A stretch of 63,993 nt of DNA, filler included, from Basidiobolus ranarum (taxonomy: Eukaryota), in the NCBI GenBank assembly GCA_040143965.1. It is 8 parts of 8 records of this genome, joined end to end, with 100 filler letters (N's around TTAATTAATTAA, not from the genome) between each part and the next. Parts side by side here need not be neighbours in the genome. Positions count along the whole stretch, not along the records: positions 8,051 to 15,998 come from JASJQH010007919.1; positions 16,099 to 24,046 come from JASJQH010007920.1; positions 24,147 to 32,086 come from JASJQH010007921.1; 5 more parts are not named here. One strand, written 5' to 3'. The translations under genes were made by a program, and so were the position numbers. The notes under the pieces are model-generated. The model made no database searches and was not told the origin of the DNA. It saw nothing but the letters and a program-made list of their open reading frames with translations. Positions 13,115 through 26,965 of the stretch are shown piece after piece. Numbering within the stretch: position 1 is the first letter of the stretch; the number at the start of each line of letters is the position of its first letter.

Positions 13115-15423
13115 ATGACTACCATACTACCTCTTCATGACAACGAAAAGGTCAACACCAAGAGGATAAGGAAATGTGGTTCGCTCAGACTCAACAGACG
13201 TTGCTCGCAACTTGTGCTTATTGGACTCGGGACCCTGTTTCTCTACTTTGTTTTTAGGTTTCTCACACTCTCAATTAATACGAAGCAGAGTGACCAGTTA
13301 TCCCCTCTGGTATCACAAATGGAACCAGATACTCCAGACTGTCCTGGTATATTTTCTTCCAAAGAAATGGAGGTTTCTAGGTATTCCACAGCCTTAGGAA
13401 ACAATTGTACTGCATTTGAAAACATAGAGCATTACCGTTTATCAGAGCAGCGCCGTAGCAAGATAAAGGCTGGCTTCCTTCATGCTTGGAACAACTATGT
13501 GCAAAAAGCAATTGGTTGGGATGAAATATCCCCGGTTAGTGGCGAGCCAAATAATAGGTATTGATAGTTTCATTATATTTAACCAAGAACCATGACTGAC
13601 TTTAATTTCATCGGTGTAGATTCAATGGGTAAAATTTATCATTCTAATATCCGTTAGCATACTATATCCTCATTATAACTTGTTTCATTTCAATTCAAAG
13701 TTGGGGTGCTACTTTATTCGACTCTTTGGATACTATGCTCATCATGGACTTGCAAGCAGAGTTTGACCAGGCTAAACAGTACGTCAAAGCAGTGAACTTC
13801 AATCAAACAGTAAGAAAACTATATTGACTTATCCAAATGAAATGGCGTTAATCTGTTATCAGAGTGGTGTTAACTTTTTCGAGACAACCATTCGATACTT
13901 GGGAGGCTTAATTAGCGCCTACGAACTATCAGGGGATTCAATGCTGTTAGACAAGGCTCATGATTTAGGTAACAACCTTTTGAAAGCTTTTCGAACGGAA
14001 TCCGGCTACCCACTGAATTATGTAGATTTTCAAAGGTAGATGCTTACATGTCAATTTCGGAAGTGTTTTTGAGTATTTATCGTATTTTTCTAGTGAAATC
14101 ACACCGAATCAATGGTCCAGCGGCATTTGTATATTAGCTGAGATAGGATCTTTTCAACTTGAGTTCAGAAGACTGAGTGAACTAACAAAAAACCCTGTCT
14201 TTATGGAAAAGGTTAGTTCATATCTCGATCGCCGAGGAACCTCAACTAATCTCTTCTACTTTAGGGACAAAAAGTAATTGATACGCTTGATAAAATTGAA
14301 ACACCCTATCCCGGTCTGGTCCCGGTCAAGCTAGACGGCAGCACCGGTAAAGCCGTAAGCAGTAAGTTCTGTCTCGAAACACTCGCATATAGCCTTGATG
14401 TTTATCTTTACTGAAACTATGAGCAGGTCAGATATCTTTTGGTGCTTTGGGAGATAGTTATTATGAGGTAATTTGGTATAAATCTTGAATTCCTGTTTCG
14501 CTTTATTAATATAGTTATGTATCTCTAGTATTTGCTGAAGCAATATTTAATGACTGGAAAGGGGGTGCACCAGTATCGACGCATGTGTACGCATTTTTCA
14601 ATCTGTTCAAAAATACCAAACATTAGTTGCTAAATTCTTAACCGAAATTAGATGAAACTTCGATCGACAGCATGAAAAAACATATGATAGCTGAATCCCG
14701 GGGACAAACTTACCTGTCATCATTAGATAGCAATCTCAATATTGAGCAGTACCTGGAGCATTTGGTATATTGAATAGTTGTCATTGTGTAAATATATAAA
14801 TTGACCCATTTTTGGTAGACATGTTTTGCCCCTGGCCTTCTTGCACTAGGAGCCAAGACATTAAATCGCCCTGAAGACTTGGAGTTGGCAAAGAAACTTG
14901 TCGAAACCTGCTATAATGCCTATATCACGACAGAAACTGGCCTTGGCCCCGAAAAGATAGCTTGGTTGTCGGACTCGGACTCCCTAGATGGTCTTAATTC
15001 GAAGAACATCAAAGATGTGTTGGACCATGGGTTTTATGTCGACACATCGTATTACATACTTCGACCAGGTAATTTATGTTACTTACTATTTGTCTGAATG
15101 TTCATTAACTAAGCAAATTATTATTCTATATTTAAGAAACAATCGAAAGTATCTTTTATCTCTATCGACTCACAGGTGATCGTAAATATCAGGAGTGGGG
15201 CTGGAAAATATTTAATGCTCTCGAAAAATCTTCTCGCACTGAGTACGGCTATTCTGGGCTTAACGATGTTAATAACCCGAATACATTGGACAACAAAATG
15301 GAGAGTTTCTTTATGGCGGAAACGATGAAGTATTTGTATTTACTTTTCTCTTCACCGGAGTTGATTAATCTCGATGACTATGTATTCTCAACTGAGGCTC
15401 ATCCCATAAAAATTAAGCACTAG
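13115..15423 (+). CDS. Glycoside hydrolase family 47 alpha-1,2-mannosidase, type II membrane protein, many introns
   Basis: N-terminal [118 protein letters not shown]. Confidence 0.95.
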
Positions 15424-16361
15424 CCACTTCAGATTTAGCACTTTCATACGGAATTTAAATTTTGTATATAGTAATAAAAAATATTTAAAACAAATTCAAA
15501 CGTACTTATGTTTTTTACCTATAAAATCTTGGTCAAGTGCCAAGTAGTGCAGAACTGACTCTTAGTATCAAGCGCTATTTACTTCTGTTTACTAGATCCC
15601 ACAAACCAAACTACATTACTTGTATCTGTAAAAACAAGATACATATATATAAGAAAAGCTAACCCATATAGGTTTGTTAATTATATGAACATGGCTGATG
15701 TAATATTTATCCACCACTATATTGTAATATCTTCCATGTATATGTATACATGTTGAAACTCTGTCAAAAAACCTTAAGATCTAATGTTTTAGGAATCTAT
15801 CCGCGAGTAGCAAGTATTTATTATATACCAAATTAGAAATGGGAATAATATAGACGAAATACAAGTGAGTGTAATGATTTAAACATGATACATATTCAGG
15901 TGTTCTTGGCTAATAAACTCTATATATAAGATTAATGAATGATATAATGTTGCTCTTTAATAGCGGTTGGAAGAGAAACCACCACGGCCTCCGCGACCNN
16001 NNNNNNNNNNNNNNNNNNNNNNNNNNNNNNNNNNNNNNNNNNTTAATTAATTAANNNNNNNNNNNNNNNNNNNNNNNNNNNNNNNNNNNNNNNNNNNNAA
16101 TTTTGGTGACTTATGCAGAAGGCAGTGCCTCTCCTTCTGTCACTTAACTAGTATTTTGAAACCCTATTACTTATCCTTCTCTAACGGTATCTCACTGCAC
16201 TCTTGCTCAACAATTTAATTTATACACGTCCCTTCAATCGTATTCTCCGTATATCCCCTTTTCACTTGTCTTTCTTTGAGAGGACATTTCGTTTTTCACT
16301 TCACCCTCAAGTATACCTTTATTTACTTTATCCGAGTTTCTTTCTTTAACATCGCGACGAT

Positions 16362-17662
16362 ATGTTGAGAATATCCGTCATTTTTTCGTCATTCTTCTTA
16401 TTGAGCCAAATCATTTTGGTCAATGGAGCGGATAAAATTCAAGTACCACCACCTTTACCTTTACCGCCTGAACAACCAAATTGTTTGAGTTTAAACCAAT
16501 CGGTTTTTTGTGGTAGTAGTTATGGAAAATACTTTATATCTCGTAATGTTTTAATCAACGCAAGTCCAGTAACGGACATTCAAACCTTCGACCGTGCTTT
16601 GGGGTACTATTTTGGGTCCCCTACCGATATGTCCGAAATTAACCGCTCTTTCCAATGTTCACCTGGCTGGGATGGCAAATATGAACCACCCTTTAGAGTT
16701 AGTTTTACCTGTCGCGCGATATTGAATAATAATTACACGGATAGTTGTAATATTGACAATCCGATCCCACCCCTTTGCCATTCAACCTGTTTAGCATACA
16801 TCAATGGTTGGTCAACTGTTATAAAGAATCAGACTGCCTGTCCAGCTTCAGAGCAACAAATAGACATCAAGCTTCAAAATTTGAAAACTTGGTGTGATTA
16901 CTATCCCTATACCGGCACCGACGGAAGTTGCATCTCTGGACAAGATGATCAAGATAATACGTGTGGTATGGTGGTTCTTGACAAGTTCTACTCATTTGAA
17001 AACAATCGATATTTATTGGATACTAATTTATATGTTTATATCATTGATTAGGATTCATTTTACCGCAACAATCCTCGTCGTTATGCACATTCTGTAGTTT
17101 TTCCAATGCGAAATGTTGTCAATCCGAAAGTGCTTTATCATGTCCCGGAAGCTCGAGTTGGAGAATTAAACCGGGTATCAGCACAACTGCGTTGGTTTGT
17201 GCCATCGTGTTTGGTTGCTTAGGTGGCATCGGCTTGATTATCGGATTAGTCCTCTACTATAAAAGACGAGATTCGGGTTATGATCTATCGGAGAAGAGAA
17301 TTCTACAAAACCCCGAAGTCTCTATGCCAGAAGCTATGGACTCTACGGTTCATATGAATATCACGATACCCTCGGTCAGTGAGTATGTGTGTGAATATCC
17401 TTATCGACCAGCTCTACCTGATGAACTTCCATTGGAGGTCGGGGATGTGATAATCATTGTCTGGACATTCGATGATGGTTGGGCAGTTGGCAGAAATCAT
17501 ACTCGAGGTGGAGAGGGTGCCTTCCCGATGGCATGTGTAACTGTTAGACAAGTTAACCATGAAGAACATAACGACGCTGCGGCTGATTCCAATGGGATCC
17601 CGCGAAGAACATCGTCTAAACGAGCATCCAACCGACCAAAATCCTTTTCTCCAACCAACTAA
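16362..17662 (+). CDS. Single-pass membrane protein: signal peptide, Cys-rich ectodomain, TM, cytoplasmic SH3; intron 16966-17051
   Basis: Splicing TGT G|gtatg...ttag|GA joins the two ORFs. TM LVCAIVFGCLGGIGLIIGLVLYY then KRR. SH3 motifs YPYRPALPDELPLEVGDVI, DDGWAVG, GAFPMACV. Confidence 0.85.
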
Positions 17663-18825
17663 ATTGACATAGTGCCAAGTGCAATGAGATATACATACCA
17701 CTCTCGTGAAAACTCATTGACTGTGATGACAGCCAGCTTAACAGAATACATTTATTAGTATGTCCAACCCATTTAAGCTGCTCATTATTTACTCTACGAT
17801 TTTACGTCCATTTCTATTCAAGTAGAACCATTTGGTTAACTGGGTTTCACGAATGCTTCGAAGCTAATTCCATCTGGTGCTTAATGCCATCACCTTTTCT
17901 TTTATCCGTATTCCCCTCCCTCCCCCGATCACTCTTCACAAGAATCTTTTCAAATTTTTTCTCGGTATAAATATTTTCAATACGTTCTAAATCATTTCCA
18001 ACCATGAATATTTGAGTCGTGGTCAGAATGAAGTCAGAAACTCAAAATGACCGCACCTTATCTATATTTTTGGAGTTAGATGAAATGGGAAACTATCAAT
18101 TAAATCGATTACCCTACTAGGAGATTTAGCTAGATTGATATGAGCTTGTTCATGAGATGGCTTCACTTCAACGCCCATTCCTGTTCCTTTTTAGCTGGAA
18201 CCGGGAGTGAATTATGGTGGTAAATCGGTTGAATCTCTGATGACCCCCCCCCCCAAAAAAAGGTCGCTTTCATTAATTGTTTCCTTATGAAATCTCAAAT
18301 TAATTACCAATTTTTGTCAAAAACTTTGGTAATCGTTGAGATCAGCTTAAATATGTTTTCATCAATTGTGGCACTTGGACGTGTAAATAGTAATGTCCAA
18401 ATTCCCCTCATTTCCTAGGTGGAGTTACAAAGCCAATCGGCTTTATTCTGGGAAGATCAAGTTGCCGATTGTATACTTGATCTCCCCCTGAACACCGATC
18501 ATCAAGTGAACTAACCGATATCAACTGTAAAATGTATATCAATCGAATGGAATGATTGTCAGTGTTCAAAAGTCATGTACAGAAGGTTCTTACGAACTCC
18601 CCTAAGATTCAAGATATAGCCCTGTGCAGAATAAAGAGTATCAAAATCGAAAATCTTTACTATATTAGAGAAGAAACATAAAATAATTTTCTTGGTGCAG
18701 AACCATTAGTATCTGTATCTACTCCATTGATAAAAAAGAACTGTTCATTTTCAGTAGATACAAAGAAGGTATTTAAAGTAGAAGTGAATGGAAATTGTAG
18801 ACTCTCAATGAAAGGTTTGTTCGCT

Positions 18826-19539
18826 TCATTTCCCAAGGTAATAAGGTAGTCCCATCATAGATGGGTTACGCGTGTTGGAGGGGTTTAATGCGAAATGGCC
18901 GGACGTTTGTACATATTGTTGGATAACATTACAATTGCAGTTCCTATGCGCTAGTAATTGGCCCTTTAACTGCATCACTTCTTCTTTCAGTTGACCGACT
19001 AACATGTGTAATGATTTATTACGATTGGTAACTTCCTCGGAACGTACTTCGAGCTCTTTCATCCACATCTTCTTCTTCTGACGACATTTGGAAGCTAAAT
19101 TGGCATGATATGTCTTAATGAAATGACTCAACAAATACCACCATAGAGATGTTCACTTACCGGCCATCCTATTACGTTCGAGGAATTTCTTCCTTTTCTC
19201 TTCTTCATCATCATTTTCATTGCTAGAGCATTTCCTCTTGTGCGAGTTCGGATGTTCATCATCGTCATTTTCGTCGCCACTGCCCTTATCATCATCTTGG
19301 TAGGACTGACCGAATGATGAAACTTCTTGATCGGTAGATTTCGAATACCTTTGCATGAGCGAATTGGTATTCAGTTGATAAGGATTCTTCTGGAAACTTT
19401 GTTCGAACGGGTTGGATTCCGAAACTCCATTTAAGCTGGGTGTGAATTTGTATTCATCGCATTCCATCAGGAATCGAGTGGATGTTGGTATTATGTTTTT
19501 GGAAGGATTGTCGCGTCCAGACATACTCAAATGATTCAT
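18826..19539 (-). CDS. bZIP transcription factor, ATF/CREB (Atf1/Atf21-like), 2 exons (19539-19161, 19094-18826)
   Basis: EEKRKKFLERNRMA|ASKCRQKKKMWMKELE, leucine zipper, LLAHRNCNC; N-terminal NPFEQSF motif. Confidence 0.9.
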
Positions 19540-22500
19540 TCAATCTGACTGATAGGCTGTATAGGTAGGGTGAGGCAGTAATACGAAGTAATGATCTTCA
19601 CGAGACTCGAACTAAGAGAGGGGTCTAAAGGACGCTATTGTATGTTGTATGTACTGGTGACTATTCTAAACTGAAAGTGGATATATCGATGAACCGTGTA
19701 TGATTTGGAGCGTGTCGTGGTGTGCTCACAAGAAACAATCAGAGTTTGCTGAGAAGAAAGTAAAGGTGGTGAGTTGATATCAAGAGAAGATTTAAAGGGG
19801 TGGAAAGCAGATCCTTTTGGATTCTTAAGTATCCAGACAAACGAAGGAATTGTGTAAAGGGAATCAATGGCACGCCAGTCCGATCTATATATACTCTGTT
19901 GATGGACAGAAAGAGGGTAAGATCCAATGGAAAATTGGCCCATTTTCTCAGATGGCTCTTGCTTTTTTAGATTAGAATCAATATGAAATGCCGATGCCTG
20001 AAACTGGGTGATTGATACAATTAAGAAGTGATTTTCTTTCCAATTGTATTGAAGATGGGATGCAAAGGTACAGTGAAAATTGGAATACATATGAGCGCAT
20101 GTACACCCAAGCGTACGGGTAGACTGACACTCAGGGTTACTTCATGTGGATTATATATGACCACCAAATACCGATAGAAGCATTTAAAGAGAACCACCCC
20201 GTGGATGTGTACTGTTATGCAGTACGTGCTTGTTTTGGGTAAAACTATTTACCGGTGAAGAAGCGCCAGTCCCTCGCACTCGCCCACCCACCCTCAATAG
20301 CAGTGAACTGCTCGCTTCTACTGTGCTGTCGTGATCATGATAAGCCGAGTGTACCAAGACCAATACTATGAGGCCAAATTAGTAGATTACTATTTAGAGA
20401 AATCGTAACCGGACTTGCTATTTTTGATCCATCAATTCCCAGAAGCACGCTGAGCTATGATTTAATATCATCCATAAGGAAAAATGAAAATCTTGAAACG
20501 CTGCATAATGTTGTCACCCAATTCAGCAAATTCCCTTTTGTGGGACTAACATTCTCAAATAATGCCATGCTACTGGTATTCACTCTTGGTAATCTGGGTG
20601 ATCGTTCTATCAAGCAAGTCCAACGATTCAGCACGATCATCACACTCAAGTTCAAACTCTGATGGAGTGATCCTGCTACAATCAACACTGAAGGTTACAG
20701 TAGGCTGTAGGACTTGGCTTTGTTAGGAGTGGACGAATAGGATCTGGAGTCCCAGATCAGGAGATTTCACGGCTTTCCAATGGATTGGAGTTAATATAGA
20801 TTGTTCAAGGATGATGACTTGCCTACAGGGCGAAACCGAGGGGTGAGAAATACTCTTATCAGCACTCTCCCCCAGGCATGTTGAGGAGAATCAGAGTAAC
20901 TTACTTTTCCTATAAAGCCAAGAATTACTAACAGAAGGTCTCTATGACATAGGGAAGACTGTCACCATCCGAAACAAATTAGAAATACGTATGCGAGTTA
21001 ATAGTGCACTTACGACAGTCGCTCTTACATAGCGTTGACATCATTGTGCTGATTTAGCAACCTCAACACTAGCAGGAATATAAACGGACATCTGGAATCC
21101 GCTTCAGGTACTATGACATCAAGTGACATAACTCTGGTCGGAGCCAATTCATACTGCTGACTGCATTCAAGGAGCTCGCATGCATTTGGTTTCTAGCTTA
21201 TCTTCATTAAGCCCTCCTGTTGGAGGCAACATCGAAGGTATCATGTGTCATTGTCCGAGGATTTCTTAGTTTTGCTCAGCATGAAACATAAACAGATTTA
21301 TGAATGCCTCCTGGATTGCTGGGCTTGTTAAACTGCCAGTTTGGCTCAACAACCACTTGCGCCGGTAAAGCGTCATGGGGCATATATATGATTTTCTCTC
21401 CTCTGCCTCTGCAGCATAGTTCTTTGGAGAGCGCAGGCAACCGTCGCTTTGTCATGGGATTAGGCCACATCAGCTGCCAAGTCTGCACTATGTTTACATA
21501 GCTTACTAATCATACTATACTGCAATAGATATTAGCAAATAGTAGTGATGCTGTATGACAATGCTTGAAAGTTAGATAGGCCGAGGTGTTCTTGAGAGAA
21601 GAAATTCTCACTGGTGATAAGGTTGTCTGAGTTAAGTGTGCGCTATAAACATCATCAGTGTAGCAACGGATGAGTCTACTTGGACCTATTTACTGAATGT
21701 CAAAGTTACCTTGGAGCAGCTACTGTAAAGGTATTTTCAACCTCCCCCAACCCTTAAAGAACTGGTCGAGTGCACTTGACAATTTTACCACTGATTATAC
21801 TTTGCTTGATTAAAACATTAAACTGGAATTAATCCAATTGTAGAAGCATATTCAAGAAATTGGAGTGCGTTTTTGAATCGTCAATTCCATCTGAAACAAC
21901 AAATGATATATATTGTTTTACCATGTTCCCGGTATGGCAACCATTTGAGATGTTACGGGATTACTCAATATGTAAGTAGACATTTCTAAACCTGTGATCT
22001 AAGTCCATTGTGCAGTACTCTAGTACTAACATCAATATCAATTAGGGACTTTGAAATCTAACTTTGCTATGCTTTTAACGACATGTCTAATATAATAATA
22101 CTCACGAGTAAGATAAGTCATGTGATTAAAGTAGCTCGCTTTTCTTTAAATACGGCAGTGTTTTCTCACAGTACCAGCACTGCTGTATATGAGCAAAAGA
22201 GGCCAATCTTGCAGGGCTCATTAGATAAAAATCAATGTTGAAATTGGTGAAAGTATATCGTAAGACATACGATTTAGTACGCAGTTGTTGAAACATATCT
22301 GCGTATTTGTATGTCCAAACACATTCAAATTCTAATTCGAAATGGTAAGGCTTTTTTCATTTAAGGTAGCTTCCAAATCAGTGTGTGCCTATGACTGAGT
22401 TATTGATTAGATATACTGATAAGCCTACGTGACAAGATCAAATGATATAATCAAACAATGTATCATTGGTTACACACAGGGCAAAATAATTAATAGATAG

Positions 22501-24146
22501 GATACCTCCAGCTATACAGAGATTCACCCATACTAACATCACAGTAACCCAACAACTTCGAGTATTCTACATACTGTATATAATGTCCAAAGTTGCTACT
22601 GCCTGCATACTTTTGATAATATACATAAAGATCTGAAGAAAAATGGATATTCCTCTGAAATAACTCTCTTAGATTCAATAAATGGGATCCCAGATGGGGG
22701 TAGTGTGAGAGCTTGGGCTTTGTAGAAGTAATTTTATGAAATATAAATTTTATGAGCTTGAGTGAGGTTCATTCCCAGAATTGGAGTATGTGTTGTTTTG
22801 AAGGTCAGACTAAGAACATACAATGAGTTTATGCTCAGAAAGTTTGGGAGTGTAAAATAAGCCGTCTCATGGGTAATTTGGATGACTGAAATTTCTAGTC
22901 TACACTAATTGTGAAATAGCTTCACATGTAAATAAAATTTATACTCAGATTCTGAAGTGACAATTGACTAATGAGTTCTAACTGCTTGACTGTTATCTAT
23001 CAGATAGCAGGGTGGATAAAGATAGGAATAGTAAACCTCAACAGGATGATTTTATGGACTTAACATTTATCAAATTAGTGGCATAAGTTGATTACTAGGC
23101 TCTATCTAAACTATAATTGATTTAGAAGATTTTGCAGTAAGTTACTCTGGGTATGATTGTGAAGTTGTGGATTTGAGGTTATTACTGGTGCAAGTAATTA
23201 ACACTATTATTACTTGTGTTCTGCTTATTGCCTACAATATCTTGTGTTCACAGATCTATGTGGGACTATAGTCAGAGAGCTTGATTCAGCGAAAATGCCA
23301 TCCTTGAATCATAAATAAGATTGTGTCACATATGTTCTCCCAAAGCAAAATCCAAAAGCTAGCTGATGTATGGACTATAAATAAAATTAAGTATTCAATA
23401 AAACTCCCTCCAAAAAAGATGTATATTACAGGCCATAACATCAAGCTAACAATGGTTGATTTATAACCCGAATTGTTGTCATTGGGAAATTACATATCTA
23501 AATATCCGATTGGTGAGCACCGGGACATTGTTAGTAAAATGAGGGAATATGGTCTGTTTATGTCAACTAGAATCGAAATAATATCGAACTCTGTAATAAG
23601 GTGATTATCGGAGGAAGTGCTATTTTAAGATTTCCCTATCTGAACGGTTGCCAAGTTGGTCTTACTCTCGCATAGATGGGTTTGTGAATTGCTAAACATT
23701 GTTTCTCAATCCAATTTAATCCTTAGCCAAGAGGATTGGTGGCCAACCGTTTGAAGTACCTCCGATTCACTGCTAAACACCAGCACTTGAAAGTCATTTG
23801 AACCTTGAAATGGGTGTGATCATATACTGTTGCAACTCAGAAGTGAACCCGCCCCTTTATGAAATTTCAAACTGAGGAAAGGACCTTCATTGACATGTCA
23901 GTTAAATATCACAAAGGTAAGCCACCTAATTGTTCCGTCAAGATCTCAGCAGATCAAGTTCAATCACTACTGCCAGAGACAACCCAATCCATCATGAAAC
24001 ACCCATTTCATCAGTCCACCCAACTAAGTAGAACATGGAACATTCTNNNNNNNNNNNNNNNNNNNNNNNNNNNNNNNNNNNNNNNNNNNNTTAATTAATT
24101 AANNNNNNNNNNNNNNNNNNNNNNNNNNNNNNNNNNNNNNNNNNNN

Positions 24147-24711
24147 TGTATTGCCGTGCCACGAAGTCGGGGATGTCTTCAATCTGGGTGATCCATTTAT
24201 TCAAGAACTCAATCAAAATATCCCCTCGAATCCCAATTTGAATTGCTTTCCTCGCTGTATGTCTTTCACCATTAGGTAAATGGTCAGGATCCCACTGTAA
24301 TCTAACAGGGCTTTCTTTCAACCTGCTACGATACTGACATAATGTTTCGTCAGGTAGTTTTGAGGTGGATACAGAGGCTCTTAATATCTTCTCAAATCCA
24401 AGCCTAGAAACACGAAGTGCAAGTATTCGTTCTTGATTGTATTTTGTTGCCCAACCGCTGCGATACATCATCCATAAGAAATTTGGTTTCAACCAAGTCA
24501 TACGTGTTAAAGAAAATCCATTTTGAGGGCACTCAGTCAAAAAGCTTTGACACCGAACTGCCGATTCAGAAATTTGCGGAGAGTAGGCTTGGTAAAGGAA
24601 TATACTTTCGTCGTCATAATGACCCAGGATATGACGCCCAGAAGAGGGCCAAGAGAAATTCTCCTGATCTAGGTAGCGCTCTGTAGTTGTTAGAATATCG
24701 GATTTTGCCAT
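24147..24711 (-). CDS. DUF4291-family protein, intronless, 3' truncated by linker
   Basis: HYDDESIFLYQAYSPQI, FSLTRMTWLKPNFLWMMYRSGWATKYNQERILA, VRLQWDPDH, RKAIQIGIRG. Confidence 0.85.
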
Positions 24712-25083
24712 TAAATTGAATTCCAAAAATTCAATGCCTCTTAAAGTTGGTTCATTCACTCGTGTATTTGTACTAATAATCTACCATGCTAATTGCATCT
24801 CCTTGAATTGCGGAAAGTCACCCTCTCGTTCGATAAACAACTACGGACTGGTTCTGGATGTTGTGCCTCACTGATTGCATATGTGAAACCAGCTCAACAC
24901 ACACATCAACTAAATATTTCCTAGAATAGTTTCATCATACTTTTAAACTTTAAAGCTCGATTTAATTTGTTCCCACAATGATCTCATCTGGCCTGATTTC
25001 ATCAAAGAAACTTCATAGTCAAGAGAATGCTTGTATATTTAGGTTGGAATTCTGGATGGAGTTGTTGAATTGATATTAGTGAC

Positions 25084-26341
25084 ATGGCAAACCCTGCCAA
25101 CTACTTCGACGATACCTCGGAGGCTGTAACCCTGCGTGAAGAGTACTGAATTCCTATTAGTTTGATTGAGTTTTCCGTTAACCTCCAACATTAAGTTACG
25201 AACTGATTCAGAGCTCACTCGTAGTCTTGCGGCATCAAATGCATCAAGCACGTCAAGATATTCAAAAGCTATCGGAGATGCGAGAGTTGGCACTCAACGA
25301 CCCGTCGGACTACTTGTTAAAATTATCAACCAAGGCTAGTAGCATACCATGACATTGGAATCCCTACTCTCTCTAAATAATATTAAATTTGACATAAACA
25401 AAGGCAGAGCAGCCACCTACCCGTCAACAAATCCTAAAACTGCCACATGTTGATTTCAACAAATTTCAAGAACGTTACGAGCGGATTCGCTCTCATTTGG
25501 ATGCTGAAGAATCGGGTAAATGATCTTATGGTGACGCTAGTATCTAATCAAATGTTCCTAATTTGCCACCTATCCCAGAGTTGAATAAGAAGAATCGCGG
25601 AACGTCTGATGTGAGAGAGCTTTTTTAAAGTGTAAATCAAAACTATTGACTAATTATTGAGCATTCGTTAGATCGCATATAATACCTCTACAAGCAAAGA
25701 TCCTGCAATGAAGAGAATTGAATTTCATAATAATTTCGATCGAATTGTATCTGCGCCAACCTCCAAACCCGATAAAGATTCACTTGTCATAAACAGGTAA
25801 TGTTCATTCAATATAAGTCATACTACTTATTTACATCCGTGCCTTACAACAATTCAAGGCAAACCCCAGCTTATCTTGAAATTTCCAGTGAAAGTTCATA
25901 TCTGGAGGAAGAGACTCAAGAGGTAGGCTACCTCTATGCATTGTTCCAACATAGCCTCTATGGTTGATTTACTAAGTTGATACCATAGATTATTCTTGAG
26001 GAAATTCATACCAGATGTTGTAACATTGAAATTGAAGTTGGTATCGACCCACAAACTCTTAACACTCACCTCATATTAATTCAGCAATTCTTACATCTTC
26101 AGTGTAGCAGCTGTCTACTACATCCACTAGTAGGTACTTACTACGCCTGTATCGAGTGCTTTACCGAGTTATCAGTTAGTCTGTGTGAGCATTGCTACCA
26201 GTCGGGCTATAACACACCATGTAAGGTTCCAGATTCTATATTTGATCTTAGTCGAATCACTAAAACGGCGTATTATCTATAGTTCATCTTAATGCCAGTC
26301 ACACATACTGTAAGATTATGGCTGAAGTATTGCAGCTCTAA
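25084..26341 (+). CDS. ZZZ3-like ZZ zinc-finger protein, ~9 short exons, not in ORF track
   Basis: Spliced reading: MANPANYFDDTSEAVTLRE|DYELIQSSLVVLRHQMHQARQDIQKLSEMRELALNDPSDYLLKL...PTRQQILKLPHVDFNKF (ZZZ3-like helical region). C-terminal CSSCLLHPLVGTYYACIECFTELSVSLCEHCYQSG...HLNASH is a ZZ finger. Middle exon boundaries are approximate. Confidence 0.72.
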
Positions 26342-26906
26342 ATCTGGTGTTTTCAATCAATACTGGAATTGTAATCATACGATCAAGCGTAAGATTGCTC
26401 GCCATTCGATCAAGCATAGAATTAATTGAGTCCACTGTATTCATCGAACAATCAACAAGTTTTCTCTTCCAAAATTTGCTGTGGCATCAGAAGCCATTTT
26501 TTTAAATACTAAATTTGTAATAAATACAATATAGTCATATCAACAACATACTTGATTGCTTTGGGTTGGGACTCCGCACTAAACCGTAACATAAATATAT
26601 ATGTAGTGTGACTTCTAATAATATGAACCTATTGTATACTTTGTGGTTTTCTATATGGAATTGTATTGATTCATTGCTCATCCTACACTTAAATCTCTTC
26701 AGAGTCCAACTATTATCAGACAGCCGGTCTGTGGTATAACATTGGAGTGGCCACTGTAGAAAATATTCTGCGGGGCAGACTCTTCCATTGAAAATTCCTT
26801 TTTCGTCCTTGATTTCTTGATCTTAAATTAACCAATAAGAAATAGATGGAAAGAACTTTTAACCATTTCCTGTTTACTAGTTTAAGAGGCGGGAAAGGTG
26901 GAGAAG

Positions 26907-26916
26907 TATATATAAA
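26907..26916 (+). promoter_or_regulatory. TATA box of the double-globin gene
   Basis: TATATATAAA ~50 bp upstream of ATG 26966; supports 26966 rather than 26846 as the start. Confidence 0.55.
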
Positions 26917-26965
26917 TGTTGGTCTAGGTAAGAGTATTACCATTCAAAAACATTCCTCTATTAGT

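Noticed and set aside
19635-24046. Short ORFs upstream of the bZIP gene
   Set aside because: No motifs or coherent exon chain; more likely a long regulatory or intergenic region.
26846-26965. 40 aa N-terminal extension of the globin ORF
   Set aside because: It overlaps the TATA box; MSAVEKTLYETLGG at 26966 is a natural trHb start.
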